Of a stretch of DNA of 64,000 bases, positions 1-14,032 are shown one piece after another (within the stretch, counting starts at the first letter, position 1; each line of letters begins with the position of its first letter). The position numbers and the translations under genes were made by a program. The notes under the pieces were generated by a model. The model was given only the letters and a program-made list of their open reading frames with translations, was not told the DNA's origin and ran no database searches. Source of the DNA: Cirrosporium novae-zelandiae (lineage: Eukaryota); contig JAPETS010000012.1 of the NCBI GenBank assembly GCA_026023565.1, positions 496,001-560,000 of the forward strand, written 5' to 3'.

Positions 1-1074
1 TTGGGAGAAATGCGAGTCGATGTCACAAGATCCTTGATAGTTGGCTTGTGGAGTCCCAAATGTGGTCACGTCTGGTTCTCCGGCTAGAATGGAAGAAGGG
101 ATTTGGGAGCGTGTCCAGAACCATAGCTTAATGAAATCGGAAGTCCATTCCAGTGCATAAACCCCACCATCGGCATCATTGAAGCCATCACCATAAGTTT
201 GGGCGGCCGAGTAACCACTGCCGCCTGATGCTGTGACACCGCAGCCGGAAGTTGAATGAGATACCTTTTTAACCGATTAGCGAAGTCTTCAGCTAGACTT
301 TTAAAACTTACAGAGCAATCATTATCAAGTAGTGTGCCAGACTCATCAGCACCAGCCACAGTACAGGTGTCAGATGTGTGGAGGTTCATCAAGTTGGTTG
401 TTTGGTGGTTCACACCCTCGATGATATCTAGTGTACACTGAAATTAGCAAATAATTGCACGACATGGCCCCAGGCATTTTAATACCAAAATGCTAGAAAA
501 GAGGGCTTACCTATTTCTCCACCAGCTGGCCAAGTTCCATCACCGAGTGTCCAAAAGGCAGGCCAGACACCACAAGCAGCACCAGGCATATGTGCAATAT
601 CGGCAATGAACAGTCCATGTGTCCATTTTTCCTTGCTCTCGATACGTACACTCTTCCGTCCGGGCCCATCCGTATCAAGGTCATTGGAATCCGAGCCATG
701 TTCGACTCCCATATAAACGGAGGATGAATCGGCAGAAATCAAACCAGCATCTTGGGCATCACTCTCACATTGGTAACTAGGAATATATTAGCTAAACGGA
801 CTCGCTCCTCCAAGGACAGGAAACACACTCAACGAAACCACTTGTTGGATCTTGGCCCTGATCATTTCGTCAGCTTGGATGATATCTATCATGTTAAACC
901 GTGAAAGCTTCCTACAGTATAGAAATCAAAATTATCAAAGAAACCCTCTCCTTGCCATGTTTCCTCCAACTCGTATTCGCATGCACTTCGCTTCAAAGGA
1001 CTTGCTGCAGTATGGTTCATTAAAGATGAAAAGAGAAGGGTGCCAACACCCAGAAAGAGTGATGAGGAAGGCAT
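1..1074 (-). CDS. Secreted GH16 endo-beta-1,3(4)-glucanase (laminarinase/Mlg1-like), 3' end outside window
   Basis: Manual splicing over 4 introns gives signal peptide, GEGFFDNFDFYT-GQDPTSGFVDY, GRKSVRIESK, HMPGAACGVWPAFW, WPAGGEIDIIEGVN (ExDxxE catalytic motif split by an intron) and YGDGFNDADGGVYALEW. The frame is open to position 1. Confidence 0.93.
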
Positions 1075-3579
1075 CCTGAAAAGAGTGACTGAAGTTATGA
1101 GAAAAAAGAGTGTATAGCTTTAGAAGCAAAATCAGGTTGATGGAATAACTATGAAAGACAACAAGGGAGACTGGTATGATATATGGTTACCTAGTCCACC
1201 TCCTTGGTCATGCTTGATTGCAAGCCACATGGCTGTTAGGAGGTTGATCGGTTTCGGCATCATCGGCTCATAGCGAGAAATAGGTCAATAGGTCAAACAC
1301 ATATTGACCAAACTCGGCGATTCCGTCATCGATGGAGCCATTTCTCTGGCATCCGAATGCAGAACTACAGACACCTCCATGAATGCTGCCTTCTTCATAA
1401 TCCCTAAACGAGGAAATAAAGTCTAGGGACTCCACACGATCGAGAATTAGCTGGGAGAAGTTAGTCTAGATCGGCTATCTAAAGCTGGAGGGTCTTTTGG
1501 CGTCTGATCTGTGGTAACTAAGCTTAAGAAGATCCATGTGGAATAATGGGAGGGATGAAAGAGGTTAGATTAGATACCCCTGGTATACCCTAAATAGGAA
1601 AGATTGTGCAATAGAGATGAAGCTAGTGAGATTTCGGTCAGGGCTGAAAAGTTAAATTTGACCACTGAACTTGGAAGAAAATGCAGAGTAGAGAACAGGT
1701 TCTAGCCACAGTAACTTCTGGTGTATTGATTTGTGGAGACTTTACACAGTCGGATAATATCCTGAATTTCCAGACGGCTTGGAAGCTAACTCAGGGGTAG
1801 TATCAGCGCCCCCAAAGTAAAAGCCAAGATCGTCTCATCTTCTCAATCTTAAGCGCTACTTCAAACATAAAAGGAATAGGAGTGCATATAAGAATTCAAA
1901 AGAATTCTTCCTTGATGTTAAACCATTACTCCTCCATTGTTTCATCGTGAGAGTGGCAGTGTACTGACATCTCCCCAGATCAGACTCGATCGAACAGTTT
2001 CGGCCATGTTCCAATTATCAAGACTGTCGGAAGTCAACATGGACCAACGAGACAAAGAACAAGCTTCAATACGGTCAAATAGTGATCAAGCCCGGCATCG
2101 TATACCATTTCAATGTTCTTCTTGTGATCACAGCTTATCCTAGTTAGAGACTACGGACGATCTCATTCCAGTTAGCAAGGGAAAAAGGGAAGATTAAGCA
2201 GCGATAAAAATCTCCAGTCGCTTCTGTTTGATTTGCATAGATACCCAAACCAAGACTAAATCTTCTCGATTCTCTCAAAGTAACTTGGGTCCCTCGGTAC
2301 CGTCCATTCCGTAGCGACTTGGCAAGCCATAGACAGGTATATAGAAGAACCCGAGAAATTCCCGGTAAAAAGGCCTTCCCTCGAAGCGAGAGGTGTTCTG
2401 ATCCGTCGTACGTTGTCATTGATACCATATTTATATATCCTTGCAGCCCAAGAGGTTTGCTTTGAATTAGTGAATCTAGATGTTGTGAAGGAGATATTCC
2501 TGTGCTGTGGAAATAAGGGTTATGGAAGGTAATCAAAGGAAGACCGGATCGAGAAGTGTAATGTCATGGCTCTGGAAATATTAACGCCTAAGGCAGCAAA
2601 TTATTAGACATCGTTTAAAGGGTTTGTTATGCAACATCCTATAATTATGAACATTTAATAATTTGTGGATGGGCCTCAGGAGCTGTGGCTGAGATTCCTC
2701 CGGTGCCACAGAACTCAGCCATAAGTGGGGGAATCAAGTTGATCCCGCGTGAGGAATTCTAGAAATGATGTCAACCTTTCCAAGAATCGTCACTACCACA
2801 TTAAGAAAACGCTTCCCGAAATCCCAATTCGCATTGAACGAGTTCAAGTACTTTTACATAACAGACCAAACAATGGAGTCGTTTCTTCGGCAAAGCTTCA
2901 AGTCCTGTGTGGACTCAATCATTGAGCAAGCATCCCATCTCTCCTCAAACTCTACCCCCAGCATACCTCTCCAGTCCAGCCTTTGTGACCCGTAATCCTC
3001 CCTCGATCGACGTCGCCTTAATTTCTAGCATATTATAGTAAGCCAACCAGGCCGATCAGCCGCCCAACTTATCCACACAGAAAGCAGAATAAGCCCATGA
3101 AGATGCATGAGGCTTCCATCTCCAACGGCTGCCATCCCAGACCGTTTCGCTATCATGAAGTATGGTTGGGTGACAGCGGGGAACTCAAGCATGCAGGATG
3201 ATGTAGACTAAGTGCTTTATCAAGATCTCTGCAAGACATCAGAGGTAGATGGTTGACGTCAGGGCCGTTTAGCTACATCCTTGTATGGCTACTCCTTGGA
3301 TACTTGGAAAGAGGGGATGAAGGTAGGCTTTCGAAAGTAGGCCTAGGCGAAGGAGGAGCAATGAATACATATATATATACATATCCCCCGCCGCCACTTT
3401 TGATCTTCTAACCTCAGACAATACATCCAAGCAAAGTGAACATTCAAACACAACAATTCTCACGTGTGTCTCCATCACCATACCGTGGACTTCAATCTAC
3501 TCGCTGACCGTGGACTTCAGATAACAAAGATAAATTCCAACAAAACCTACAAAATCCCATACCAAGAACCTCAACAAAC

Positions 3580-4143
3580 ATGTCGGACAAGCAAGAAGGA
3601 CAGGGCGGTAAATACTCCCGTTTCCTCACCCCATAATAATGGCCAATTCCTCCCGCCTACAATATCAACCCTCGTACGACGCTATCGCCCTCTATACACC
3701 TCAACCCCCCACCCCAATCCCAAATCAGAGCCTTGCATCATCTGGAATCTCCAGCCATCGCGTCTCACCCACACCCACACCCACAATTTACGCTCACAAC
3801 CCGTACCTCACCTCGCCTCACCTCACTCCATCCACCTATCTATTAAGTCCTCAAAACCCACCCACTCTAACACGCGCACTAACTAGGCCCTCTCGGCGGC
3901 ATAGGAAACATCCTCGGCGGCCTAACAGACACCCTGGGCAAGACAGTCGGCGGAGTAACCAACACCTTGGGCGACACAGTAGGTACTCTTGGCAAAGGCG
4001 TCGGCGACACCGTTAGTGGAGCCACACAGGGCCTCGGGAACACCACCAAGAGCGCCGGCGATACCGTCCAGGGCACCACGAGTGGCATCGGTGATTCTCT
4101 TGGTGGAAAAAAGCAGGACGCCCAAAATCCGCTTGGGTTGTAG
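3580..4143 (+). CDS. Small Gly/Thr-rich 11-mer-repeat protein (94 aa, LEA/hydrophilin-like), 2 exons
   Basis: ATG at 3580 in an AACAATG-like context. Exon 1 is 3580-3607, GT...TAG intron 3608-3886 with a CTAAC branch, exon 2 is 3887-4143. Protein: MSDKQEGQGGPLGGIGNILGGLTDTLGKTVGGVTNTLGDTVGTLGKGVGDTVSGATQGLGNTTKSAGDTVQGTTSGIGDSLGGKKQDAQNPLGL*. Confidence 0.8.
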
Positions 4144-4560
4144 GAGAGGAAGCGCTATTTAATTTTTGTTGTTGTTTTCGATTCATTGTATGAGTAATGC
4201 TACTATGGCATCCCTTATGATGTGATGATTTGATGGGAATGGGTTATTATTATCCTCATATGATCTGATCTTTCCAAAATGCAGTATTTGATTGTAATGA
4301 CTTTGAGATCATCCAACATTCTTGCATAGTACTCTCGCATCCATGGTATCGACATAGTATTGTGTGGGAAGTAGTAGCCCAATGCGAAAGATCAACACGA
4401 AAGACCGACATCCACGGGCCGCTAAAATAAATATTATAAATGGCGTATACACTTTCAATATTTCACCGAGCCGTCTCACGCTTTGCAGCTCCACGCAATC
4501 TATCCAAACTCCAGAAATCCATCATTTACAAACCCCCCTCCAACCAACCTCATTTCCTAT

Positions 4561-6910
4561 TTATTCAATAAACGCCCCCCTCTCCTTTAACGCCCCTGCC
4601 AATCGTACGTAATCCTTCAACAGCTCTCCCACTTCACTCATTTTAAGCTCCCCGGGCCCTTTGAGCTCCAAAAATCGCTGAATCGGCGCGGCTATCTTCT
4701 TCTCGGATAATTCTTTCCACTTATCACTCACAATAGTCCCCTCTACTTTCCCATCCTCTGTCACCACTCCAAGCTCCCTCGAATTTTCTGCCGAGGCAGC
4801 TATTGGTGATGGGGTATCGATGACAGGTCTCCCAAACCCTCGCATAAATCCTGTACTTGCAAGACGATTGAGTGGGTTTAATGTGTTGCCCAGATTCCGC
4901 ATAGACTCTAAGGCTGTGGGGGCGGCATGGGCGGAGGCATTTGGAGGTGTCGACGTTAAGGATCGTTGTGAAGATTCGTTGGTCCCTTGGCGGGCGGGAT
5001 TGCGGAAGGCGACTCGTCGGCCGCTGTCGTTACTATCCACACTTTGTTCTCGGGGGGCTTTGCGACCGCCAATGAGGTCGAGGAAACTGTCCTTATCAGG
5101 ACTCTTTGAAAGCGGATCATCTAGAACTTCTGTTGGCTCAGTGATGGAACTTGCTCCGCTCATGGTGCTCTCTTCTTCGGATGCTGGACGTAAGATCGGG
5201 CTAACAAGCTTCCTTGCGTCTTCCAAGGTTTTAGGGACGGTGACGGGTTCTTTGCCATCATGCGCAGAGCTTTTTGCTTCCTGTTCTTTCATTTTCCCGA
5301 AGAGGAATTTGAAACTATTGTCTAAGGCCTGGCCCATATTTTTCAAACCCTGATCTGCTGTATTCCGAGCCGATTCAGTTGCCGCTTCGAAGGCCTTTGA
5401 AGGTGGCTGCAAAAGCTGGCTAAGGCGTCTTGGGTTTGGGCTAGCCGATGGTGTTTTTGCTATTTCTGCTGAGTCTACCCTTTGCATGCCTTCCATAGGG
5501 TGCATCCCAGGTGGAGACGACGAAGCCGATGCAGGCCTAATAGGTGATAATGATTTATCAGGACTGAAAGAGGTGGATTTATTAGGGAGAGGTGTGGCCG
5601 GCCTGCTGCTCGGCTTTCGAGCTGGTGCTTGAGCTTCGTCCTCTCTCAAGCTGGCGAGATCTACCGTCTCAAGGAAACTGATAGCAGCCTCTAGATTTGT
5701 GAGGCAGTAAGCTGCCTCTCCATCAACCTTATCGACAGCCCTAAATCGCTGTATGAAGCGAAGGTGGCTAACGACATTTAGTTCGGCTGGTGGCATGGTA
5801 ATAAGAGTATATATAAAAGTTGGGAGAATTTCGTCGGCTGAAGAGGATGCAGTATGGAAGGTAGATAGTGCATCAACAACAGCTTTATGCGCCGCAGCTA
5901 AGCAGCGAATCTTACCAAGTGGGTATCTTTGATTGTTCATTTTCAAAAGATGATTTCGTGCCTCAGCAAGCACATGCATCATCTGTTCATTTTCCGAGGA
6001 ACCCTCTTGATCACCCTTCTTGCTATCTTCCTGGGCATCTTGGGTCGGTTGTCCTTCGACTCCTAAATCTTTCAATCCAATTCCTACTAGTGACAGGGCA
6101 GCAGTTCTCGATCGAAGCTTTTCATCTTGAATTTCGTCAAGAGTACTGTTATGTCGCCATATCTTATTATATATCTTTTCACAGGCTCTTCGTTCAACGG
6201 CTTCTTCCAAAGCGACTCTTCTGTATTCCAATAATTTTCTTTTCTTTCTTCTTTCAGCTACCTCATCGGCTGTCAGCATTTGCTGCTCAGTTCCGCGTCC
6301 ATCTTGAGAATTAAGACTTTCTCTTGAAATCTTGTTCCGCAGCTTACTCCCGTTCCTGGATGTACTAGATAGTCTAGATGATTTTGACGATGTTGAAGAA
6401 CTTTCCCTGCCGATTCTCGAAGACAAGCTAGATATATGAATGGACACGGTACCGGCTGCGCGAACATAGAATTCCTGAAAGAGGTCCGACAATTTATCCG
6501 CGGAAGGAGGTGTGGCATATACTTTGGCTGATAAGGAATCTACAAAGCTTTAAAGATGCATGAGCTGGTGCCACTTCACTTTGGATGTTTAAAACGTACC
6601 GATCTGTTAAGCTAGCCAATTCAATGGGTAATTCTTCATATCGACTCTGCATATCTACTTCAACAGCTTTTGTCTTTTCAGCAGGGTGTTCACTATCGTC
6701 TTCCTCGGTCTTACTGAAGATATCTTTCGATTCGTCTTCCTCGGGAGCATCGAATAAACGGGGCGTCCTAATTTCTGGAACTGGCTGTGCCTGAATAGTA
6801 CTGGCTCGATTTCTCGCAGCGGTCTTTTCAGAAGATGGAACTAGAGGACTGAATGACTTCGACGTCATGAGACCCCGAGGGCGTTTTTGTTGAGGTGTAG
6901 TGGATGACAT
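4561..6910 (-). CDS. VPS9-domain Rab5 GEF (Muk1/Vps9-like)
   Basis: VPS9 motifs SSADEILPTFIY and GEAAYCLTNLEAAISFL. Exon 1 (MSSTTPQQ...LTDR) is joined through an intron at ~6599-6549 to the 643-aa ORF. Confidence 0.9.
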
Positions 6911-7666
6911 CACGGTCACATAGAAGGTGGAATAAAAAAATATCAATGTTCAGGTATTGAGAGCGAGCGACTCTATTAATGTAATTGCCGGAATATGTTC
7001 AAGAAGACTGTTCGGGGAAGAGTGTAACGACGAGCATGCACGCATAAGACATCGACAGCCCGGGATCGGTTGCTGTTTCAGACTTGTCGTGAACATACCC
7101 AGCCTTGAAATTCAAATAATTAAAACTTGGTAAAGAAAAGATATGAATGTAAAACTCCCTTCTAGGATAGGAAGTAAATGGAAATGGGGTTGGGATAATA
7201 ATTACTGAAGGAGCTACGGGGTATTAATCATATAGGTAACAGTACGTAGGTAGTTAGCCGGTTTGTACGGAGAACCACCACTTCCGTTGTCATCAGTAGG
7301 TGATCCGAAGGTCCATAAGATCAGAGTTCATATGGAGAAGTACGTACCGGTGAATGGATATCCTTGATTGGTTCTGTTGGGGCTACTCGAGTACCTTAAC
7401 AACTTGAGTTTACTGAAAGGCCCCCAAGTGCCCCCCAAGTACCCCCCAAGTGTTTCCAAGTGTCCCAACAAGGATCGGCTTCATCTACACCTATCGCCGC
7501 CCCCGCTCGCCGACTTCTCGTGACTTCCCATCATCAGTGGTCATCATCATATCTAGGCAACGTTGGGTCATTGGATTATAAAGTGGAATGCCTAAGATCA
7601 TCTTATCTTCATATTGCAGTGCTGTCACCCTTTGAAAAGCCTTTCTAGGCTCTGTAAGATCTTACA

Positions 7667-9801
7667 ATGTTCGACTTACTCCACTCTCCCTTTTCACCTC
7701 TTATGAGCTTCCTGTTAGCTCTCTATTTATGCCTTCTATTCATATCCGTCCCGTTGGCTTCGGCCAAGGCAGCCCTAGTAGCTCACGCTGCTCCCGCAAA
7801 CTCGCCCATCTTACCCCCTCAACTGTCTATACCTTCCGATGCTGATAGGAGGAAAGATCTGGAGGAAGAACATGAATTTGTATGCCCATATCGAGTCTTT
7901 ACCGCAACTCTTATACTCATACGTTGAGATTGCGTCATTGGGTTATAAAGTAGCTAATTATTTACCAGACTTTAAGAAATATTTTCCACCATGGAGCGTA
8001 CGATTTCCCAAGGCTTCACAGGCGTCTCGATCTCACTCCTCAACAAGCTGCAATTTGGATGACAGAGGAGGGTGATGTATCTCCACAAGGGTTGCCCGTA
8101 CTCCGAGCCCGGTCGAGAGGTCAACAAATACAACGCCTCGTCGATCGAAGCTCGGGACACATTGAATCTTTACTATCAACTGCTAGAGAAGCTGGACATG
8201 CTCAGAGCTTGGGTGCCGAAGCATGGACGATGGACGAAGTGCCCAGTCCTAATATTACCGACAAGGAGACGGTTCTGACACTCGCTAAAATGGCCTCAAA
8301 TGCATACGAAACAGCACCTCATGATGGAACCTGGAAAGAGGTGGGAAATGGCTTTAATGATTCGATGGGGTTTGGATGGGAAGGAGATGGACTTCGTGGT
8401 TGGATCTTCGCCGACAATGATAACTCCACAATTGTTCTCGCTATCAAGGGAACCTCCCCGGCGGTCTTCGACGGAGCTGAGACTACTACAAATGATAAGC
8501 TTAACGACAATTTATTTTTCAGCTGTTGCTGTGCACAAGGAGGACAGTATCTTTGGCGTCCAGTCTGTGATTGTTTAACCACCACTTATACCTGCAATTC
8601 CACGTGTTTGGTATCTGCCCTCAGGAACGAGAATCGTTATTACCATGCTGTTAAAGAACTCTATGGAAATGTAACCGAACTATATCCCGATTCGAACGTT
8701 TGGCTTGTGGGCCATTCTCTCGGTGGTGCAGTCAGCAGCTTGCTCGGTCTCACATACGGTCTCCCAACAGTCACTTTCGAAGCCCCTGCCGAAGCTCTTG
8801 CAGCTGCACGTCTTGGCCTTCCAGCTCCTCCAGGCTCCCATCCATCGGCCCCTCAGACCCGCAAGTTTACCGGAGCTTATCATTTTGGCCACACCGCAGA
8901 TCCTATCTACATGGGCGTGTGCAATGGCGTAACAGCGCCATGTACTTTAGGGGGCTATGCTATGGAAACACAATGCCACACCAGCAACATGTGTACATAT
9001 GACGTGGTCAAAGACCTGGGTTGGCGTGTTGGGCTAGGCACACATAGAATCAAAGAGGTGATTAAAGATGTCATCGAGGTATATGACACTGTTCCCGAGT
9101 GCACGCCAGATGACGAATGCGAGGATTGCTTTAACTGGAAGTTTTTCGATAGCAATAGCTCTGATCCTATTACGTCTACTACGTTAAGCACATCTACAAC
9201 ATCGACAAGAACAACCACTTGCAAGACTCCTGGATGGTGGGGATGTTTGGATGAGTCTACTACATTTACCTCAAGTTCTACCGCCACAACAACTTCCACT
9301 TCCACAACATCAACCTGCAAAACGCCAGGTTGGTTTGGCTGTAAAGATCCTACCACTACAACTACAACCACGTCTTCATTAAGCACCACTTCAACCGCCA
9401 CAACCACATGCGAAACCCCTGGCTGGTTCGGCTGCAAAGACCCCACAACCACATCCTCTGCTACTGCTACGGCCGCACCTGCTCCCACCGCCTCTTCCAC
9501 TCCAACCATAACAAGTGCACCCACTCTTCCTTCTCCCACGTCCAATTCCTTTACTTCCGAGCCAACCTCATCAACCACATGCCAAACCCCTGGATTTTTC
9601 TGGGGTTGCAAGGACGAACCAACGACCTCCGAAGGTAGTACTATTACCTCGTCCCCGCCCTCCGAGCCGACGGCTACAGGACCACGGTGGAAGAGACATT
9701 GCGTGAAGAGAACTTGGTTAGGAAAGTGCAAGGAATGGAGACAGTGGAGAGAGATGAGCACCAAAGGAGAAGAAGAAGAAGATTGGAAAGATGAAATGTA
9801 A
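7667..9801 (+). CDS. ATG15: Autophagy-related vacuolar lipase Atg15
   Basis: N-terminal hydrophobic anchor; intron ~7880-7968 joins EEEHEF to TLRNIFHHG; motifs [26 protein letters not shown], lipase box GHSLGG and [12 protein letters not shown]. Confidence 0.95.
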
Positions 9802-12081
9802 TTTCACCGACAAAACAAGGAAAGGAGGGAAGGAAGGAACAAAGCAAACAACAATAAACATAAATGCTTGAAACATGAAGAATGTCTGTCTATATGGGAT
9901 AAGCGAAGGCGTTTGCTTTTTTTTCTCTTTTTTCTCCCTCTTTTCTTCTCTGGAGGCGCAAGAACGGAATCGCATTGCATATACCTCCATTTATTCACTG
10001 GCCCAAAAGGGACCTTGATTGAAGCCGGGTGGGAGGCTACTACCGCCGTCGCTCAATTCACAATTACCATTACATATAGAAAGAGAGAGCGGAAGCATTC
10101 ATTTGGGCCTAACCACCCCAATCAAAGGGCGTTTGATATTTTTTCTTCGGGATGGGATATTGGGATATTGGGATGGGATGGGATGGTTTTTGTTGCGTGA
10201 GGGTTGGATTTGGGGTTCTGCACATCGCATCATGAGCTAGCTAGCAAGCTACTCACTTCAACAAGGTGAGAGGGAGGGGAGCGTTTACGCTCGCTGTATG
10301 CAGGTACGCAAGGATGCATACGAATTAGAAATATCAAATAAATATATCAATAAATATTCTATATCAATCATGTTATGAGAAGGGGGGGGTTATGGTATGG
10401 TGTGGTGTGGTGTGGTGTGGTGTGGCTAAGTTGTGTGCGGATATAGTTAGTCCAAATAGATAATTATTGATTATCTAGATATCCGTTGGTACTAGGGTAA
10501 TTAGGTGGTTTGTCTGTATCAATATCGACACCAACATACCAAACATACCAAACATATATAAAACTACTAGGTAGTCTACCTACACTAGCAATCCCAAAAC
10601 CCAACCCCCCCCCCTTCAAAAATAAAAAAAACCCTACACTCAATACCCCCATACCCATACATACATATACTTATACTATATTTTATTTCCATAGATATTT
10701 CTATTCCTACCATTTCTTACTATCCATTTATAAGAGAGAAAAAAAAACTAATCTTATTCCCATTCCCTTTTTTCTTATTCATCCCAATTAATTGTTGTTT
10801 GTTACCATTTTTACGGGTTCTACCCCCCCCGGCCCTCCCTACCCCTTACTCCCATCCCTACCTCTTCCAAAAAGGAGAAAAAAGAAGAGAGATATAATAA
10901 AAAGTTAAGTAAGTATGTATGTGTTTTGTGTTTTCCCCGTTTTTTTTTTATCATACAAGACCACACCAGAACCAGAACAGATAGTAACAAAAACAAAAAA
11001 AAACCCTGGAAAATATATTAAGGTAGTGTGGTTTATTGGGGGGAGGGGAAGAGAAAGGAAATAGGAAATAGAGTGCCATGGTTTGTGCGTGTGTTCCTAT
11101 CGAACTCCCCCACCTCTCCATGTCCATGTCCATGTCTTTCGCCCTCCTCCTTCTTAGTTAACCAGTTAACCAAGGACATTCCGGTTGATGGAAAAAAAAC
11201 TAGTAAAAAAAGAGATAAAGCACCTAATACCAAAGTCCAAGCGAAGCGAAGTGAAGTGAAGTTAATCAACAACAACCCTAAAAAAAACGTGTTCCCATTT
11301 GATTATTTCTTCTGGATTTGTCTGTTATCATGATGGAGGTTTGTACCTTTTCTCACTGAAATAAGGTGTTGGAGAAGTTTGAGTGTTTAAGTTGGAGGAT
11401 GGATGGATGGAGGGAAGGAGGGAGGGTGGGGAGAGAGGTGGAAGGCTGTTCTGGGCGGCGGGTCTGATTGGGGTGAGGAAGGAAGGAAACCCCTTTTTCT
11501 TTCTCTCGGGATGTGGATATGAATTATAAACGCGAATGTGAATGTATTTGGCGAGAGGGTTCAAGAAGACATGATAAGAATCCAATTGCTTGCTTCTCCA
11601 AGAAGAGCGTGAGGTGTGTGTAGCTGTAGCAGCGGTAGTAGTAAGTTTGTGTGTACTCCGTACATAAAGATCATCAGTCAATCAGTCAACCACATCCATC
11701 CGTTTTAAACCCTTTCTTAGAAATCATCGTGTTTCCATTCTACTAGACTCCTCTGTAGACGCGGAAATGATGAGGACGATGATGATAATGATGAATAAGA
11801 TAGGATAGGACAAGGAAATTCTGGCTCGTAAGGATGCCAACGTTAAAATCTCATTCAAGAGATAGACGTATATCGTGCGAGGAATGTGGGTGTATGGATT
11901 TTCTCCGGGAGAATAAAGAGAGGTAAGTAAGTATAGGGAAGAGGCCGTGGGGCACGTGTAACCAATGTTCTAGAATGCCAATATTTTTTCTCATCATGCG
12001 TATAGTCATGAGTCGATTCCAACGGATGCACTAAGCCAGAAAAGTAATGTGTTTGTTCCTGGACGAAGATGGGGTCATTTT

Positions 12082-14032
12082 TCATAGCATCTCTTCCATT
12101 TCTTGAATTTTGGCAGATAGTCTTTTGGCGTTATCCATACTTCCCGTCTGAATCGCAATAGATGTTAGCCTAACTCCTCTGCCAACTACTTTTCACTAAT
12201 ATAATGAATGGTACGACTCACCCTAACAATCACAGGAACAGGCTTCCCTTCCTCGATGCCCTTGAAAACTACAGCCTTTTTCGTGGGGTTCTTATCCTCT
12301 CCTTCGATCATGCCTTTGAATATCGGTGTGTTGAGCACTACCTTATACACACCATCTGTCCGCATAATGAGCCTGGAAGTAGTCTTCCCATGTTTTTCAG
12401 TGGAATTCAGTTTCAAGGTTCCCACCCCTCTTTCTTTCCATTCTCCTTTTTCAAAGTGGTATAGTTTTGCACGACAGGAGAATAGGGTCTCTTCGTCTTC
12501 TTCGCCAGTGTTGACTTCTTGTTCGTGGAACCGTTCATCTGGCTTATCAGGGGCTGCGGCGAATGAGGCGCCACCTTCTTGCTCTTCTTTATCATTGGAA
12601 TCCTTCTCTTCTTCTGTATTTTCGTCTTCCTCGGGTGCCCCAAAGGGTTTGGGAGATTTGCTTTTGAAGAGGGTAGCGGAGGTAGAACTGGGCTTAGATG
12701 CAAAGCTCGTTATAACACCTGATTTGAGTCCGCTAAATCCAGCAGCAGTCGCAAATGAAGTAGTTCCTGTGCTACTCGAAGTGGCTGCAAATGCCGATGT
12801 AGAGAAACTTAATTTTGCCGGAGCTGGGGAGGCTGTAGGCTTTGAAGCAAAAGATGTCAGGGGAGGGGTTGCAGAACCAGAAGGCTTAGATGCGAAAGAT
12901 GTCAAAGGTGTAGATTTGGCGGCTCCTAGTGCATTGAATGGTGACGCCGACCCAGAGATGGAGGCGAAGCCGGAGGTTGCAAAAGCAGATGATGATGTTT
13001 CAGCCGGTGACTTGGCTGGAGATTTCGAAGGACTTTTGGACCTCGAGCCAAATATGCTTGATTCAGGCTTCGTTGCTGCAAGAGAACCGAATGGGGATTG
13101 TGCAGATGCATTCGCAAAACCACTTAAAGCTGGAACCTGCATGGTTGTTAGCATTGAGTCTAAAAAACGGGATTTCGCAGGTAAAGACAAACAGTTTTCT
13201 TCGTCGGGGCATCAGTGGAAGCTTTTCTCCTTCCCTCGGAGCTTTCTCTATGTTTTTTCTTCTTCGGCTCATCCCCCGTTTCTTGCCCATCTTGATAAGA
13301 GCCATCTTCGCTTCCACTGCTCGGTCCTGAAGAGTCTGACTTTAGCTCTGCAGGAGTTCCATCATCACTCTCGACCTGGTCTCGGCTTCTCTTCTTCTTC
13401 GGACTTGAAGCACGCTCGGCTGAGGTTTGGGTTGTAGACTTTAGCTTGGGCGGCCCAATCTTTATGATGGCATTGATATCTTTGGGTGGTTGGCTTCTGG
13501 CGAGGCCGTTGCTATCATCTTCCTCAACTTCCTTGACAGGTTCTTTAGCTACCGGTTTAGACACATTATTCGGCTTCTTGGTATCTTCATTTTGAATATC
13601 TCTAGACCTTTTTCTTGTATGACCATCTGATCTATGTTCCTTGGTAGTATTTGTAGACTTCCCTTCCTCTAATTGGCCGTCCGCGGTATCGAGATCATCA
13701 AAGGACCGTTTCCGAGCTGGTCTACCCCGAGTAATTTCTACACTCTTCTTAGATCCATCTTGTTCATCCTTTGGTTCTTCATCCATCTTTTGGACCCCAC
13801 CATTTGTAATCTCCTCTGGAACAGTTTCTTCAGGCACCATATCATCCGGAGAGGTTGAAGAAATCATGCCATATTTCGGTAACGAGGTGATAGATGTTTT
13901 CTTTAATTTTTCACGAACTGGCTGCTCTCCGATGGATGTATCGGAGGCTGTGTCATTATAATCCATGTCGTTTGAAGCAAGGACAGAAGGCTCTGGGCCG
14001 TTCTGCGTCCCGCTCTGTCTTGTGTGTACCAT
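12082..14032 (-). CDS. RanBP1-domain nucleoporin-like protein (Yrb2/Nup56/Nup2-like)
   Basis: Basic NLS-like tracts (PKKKRSR), SPF/SF/FG-like low-complexity repeats and C-terminal RanBD (TGEEDEETLFSCRAKLYHF, WKERGVGTLKLN, RLIMRTDGVYKVVLN). Introns at ~13192-13137 and ~12221-12148. Confidence 0.88.

Noticed and set aside
1200..3400. Short ORFs between the GH16 gene and the 11-mer protein gene
   Set aside because: No recognisable motifs or consistent exon chain; a very decayed remnant cannot be excluded without blastx.
3608..3886. Long intron as a possible stwintron
   Set aside because: No nested donor/acceptor arrangement preserves the reading frame; single-step splicing explains it.
8955..9764. 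269-aa Val-rich minus-strand ORF
   Set aside because: Antisense of the Thr/Ser-rich Atg15 tail.
9900..11800. Short ORFs in the low-complexity Atg15-RanBD intergenic region
   Set aside because: Products of homopolymers and microsatellites with no coding signature.
12208..13437. 409-aa plus-strand ORF
   Set aside because: Antisense shadow of the low-complexity RanBD gene; no independent motif.
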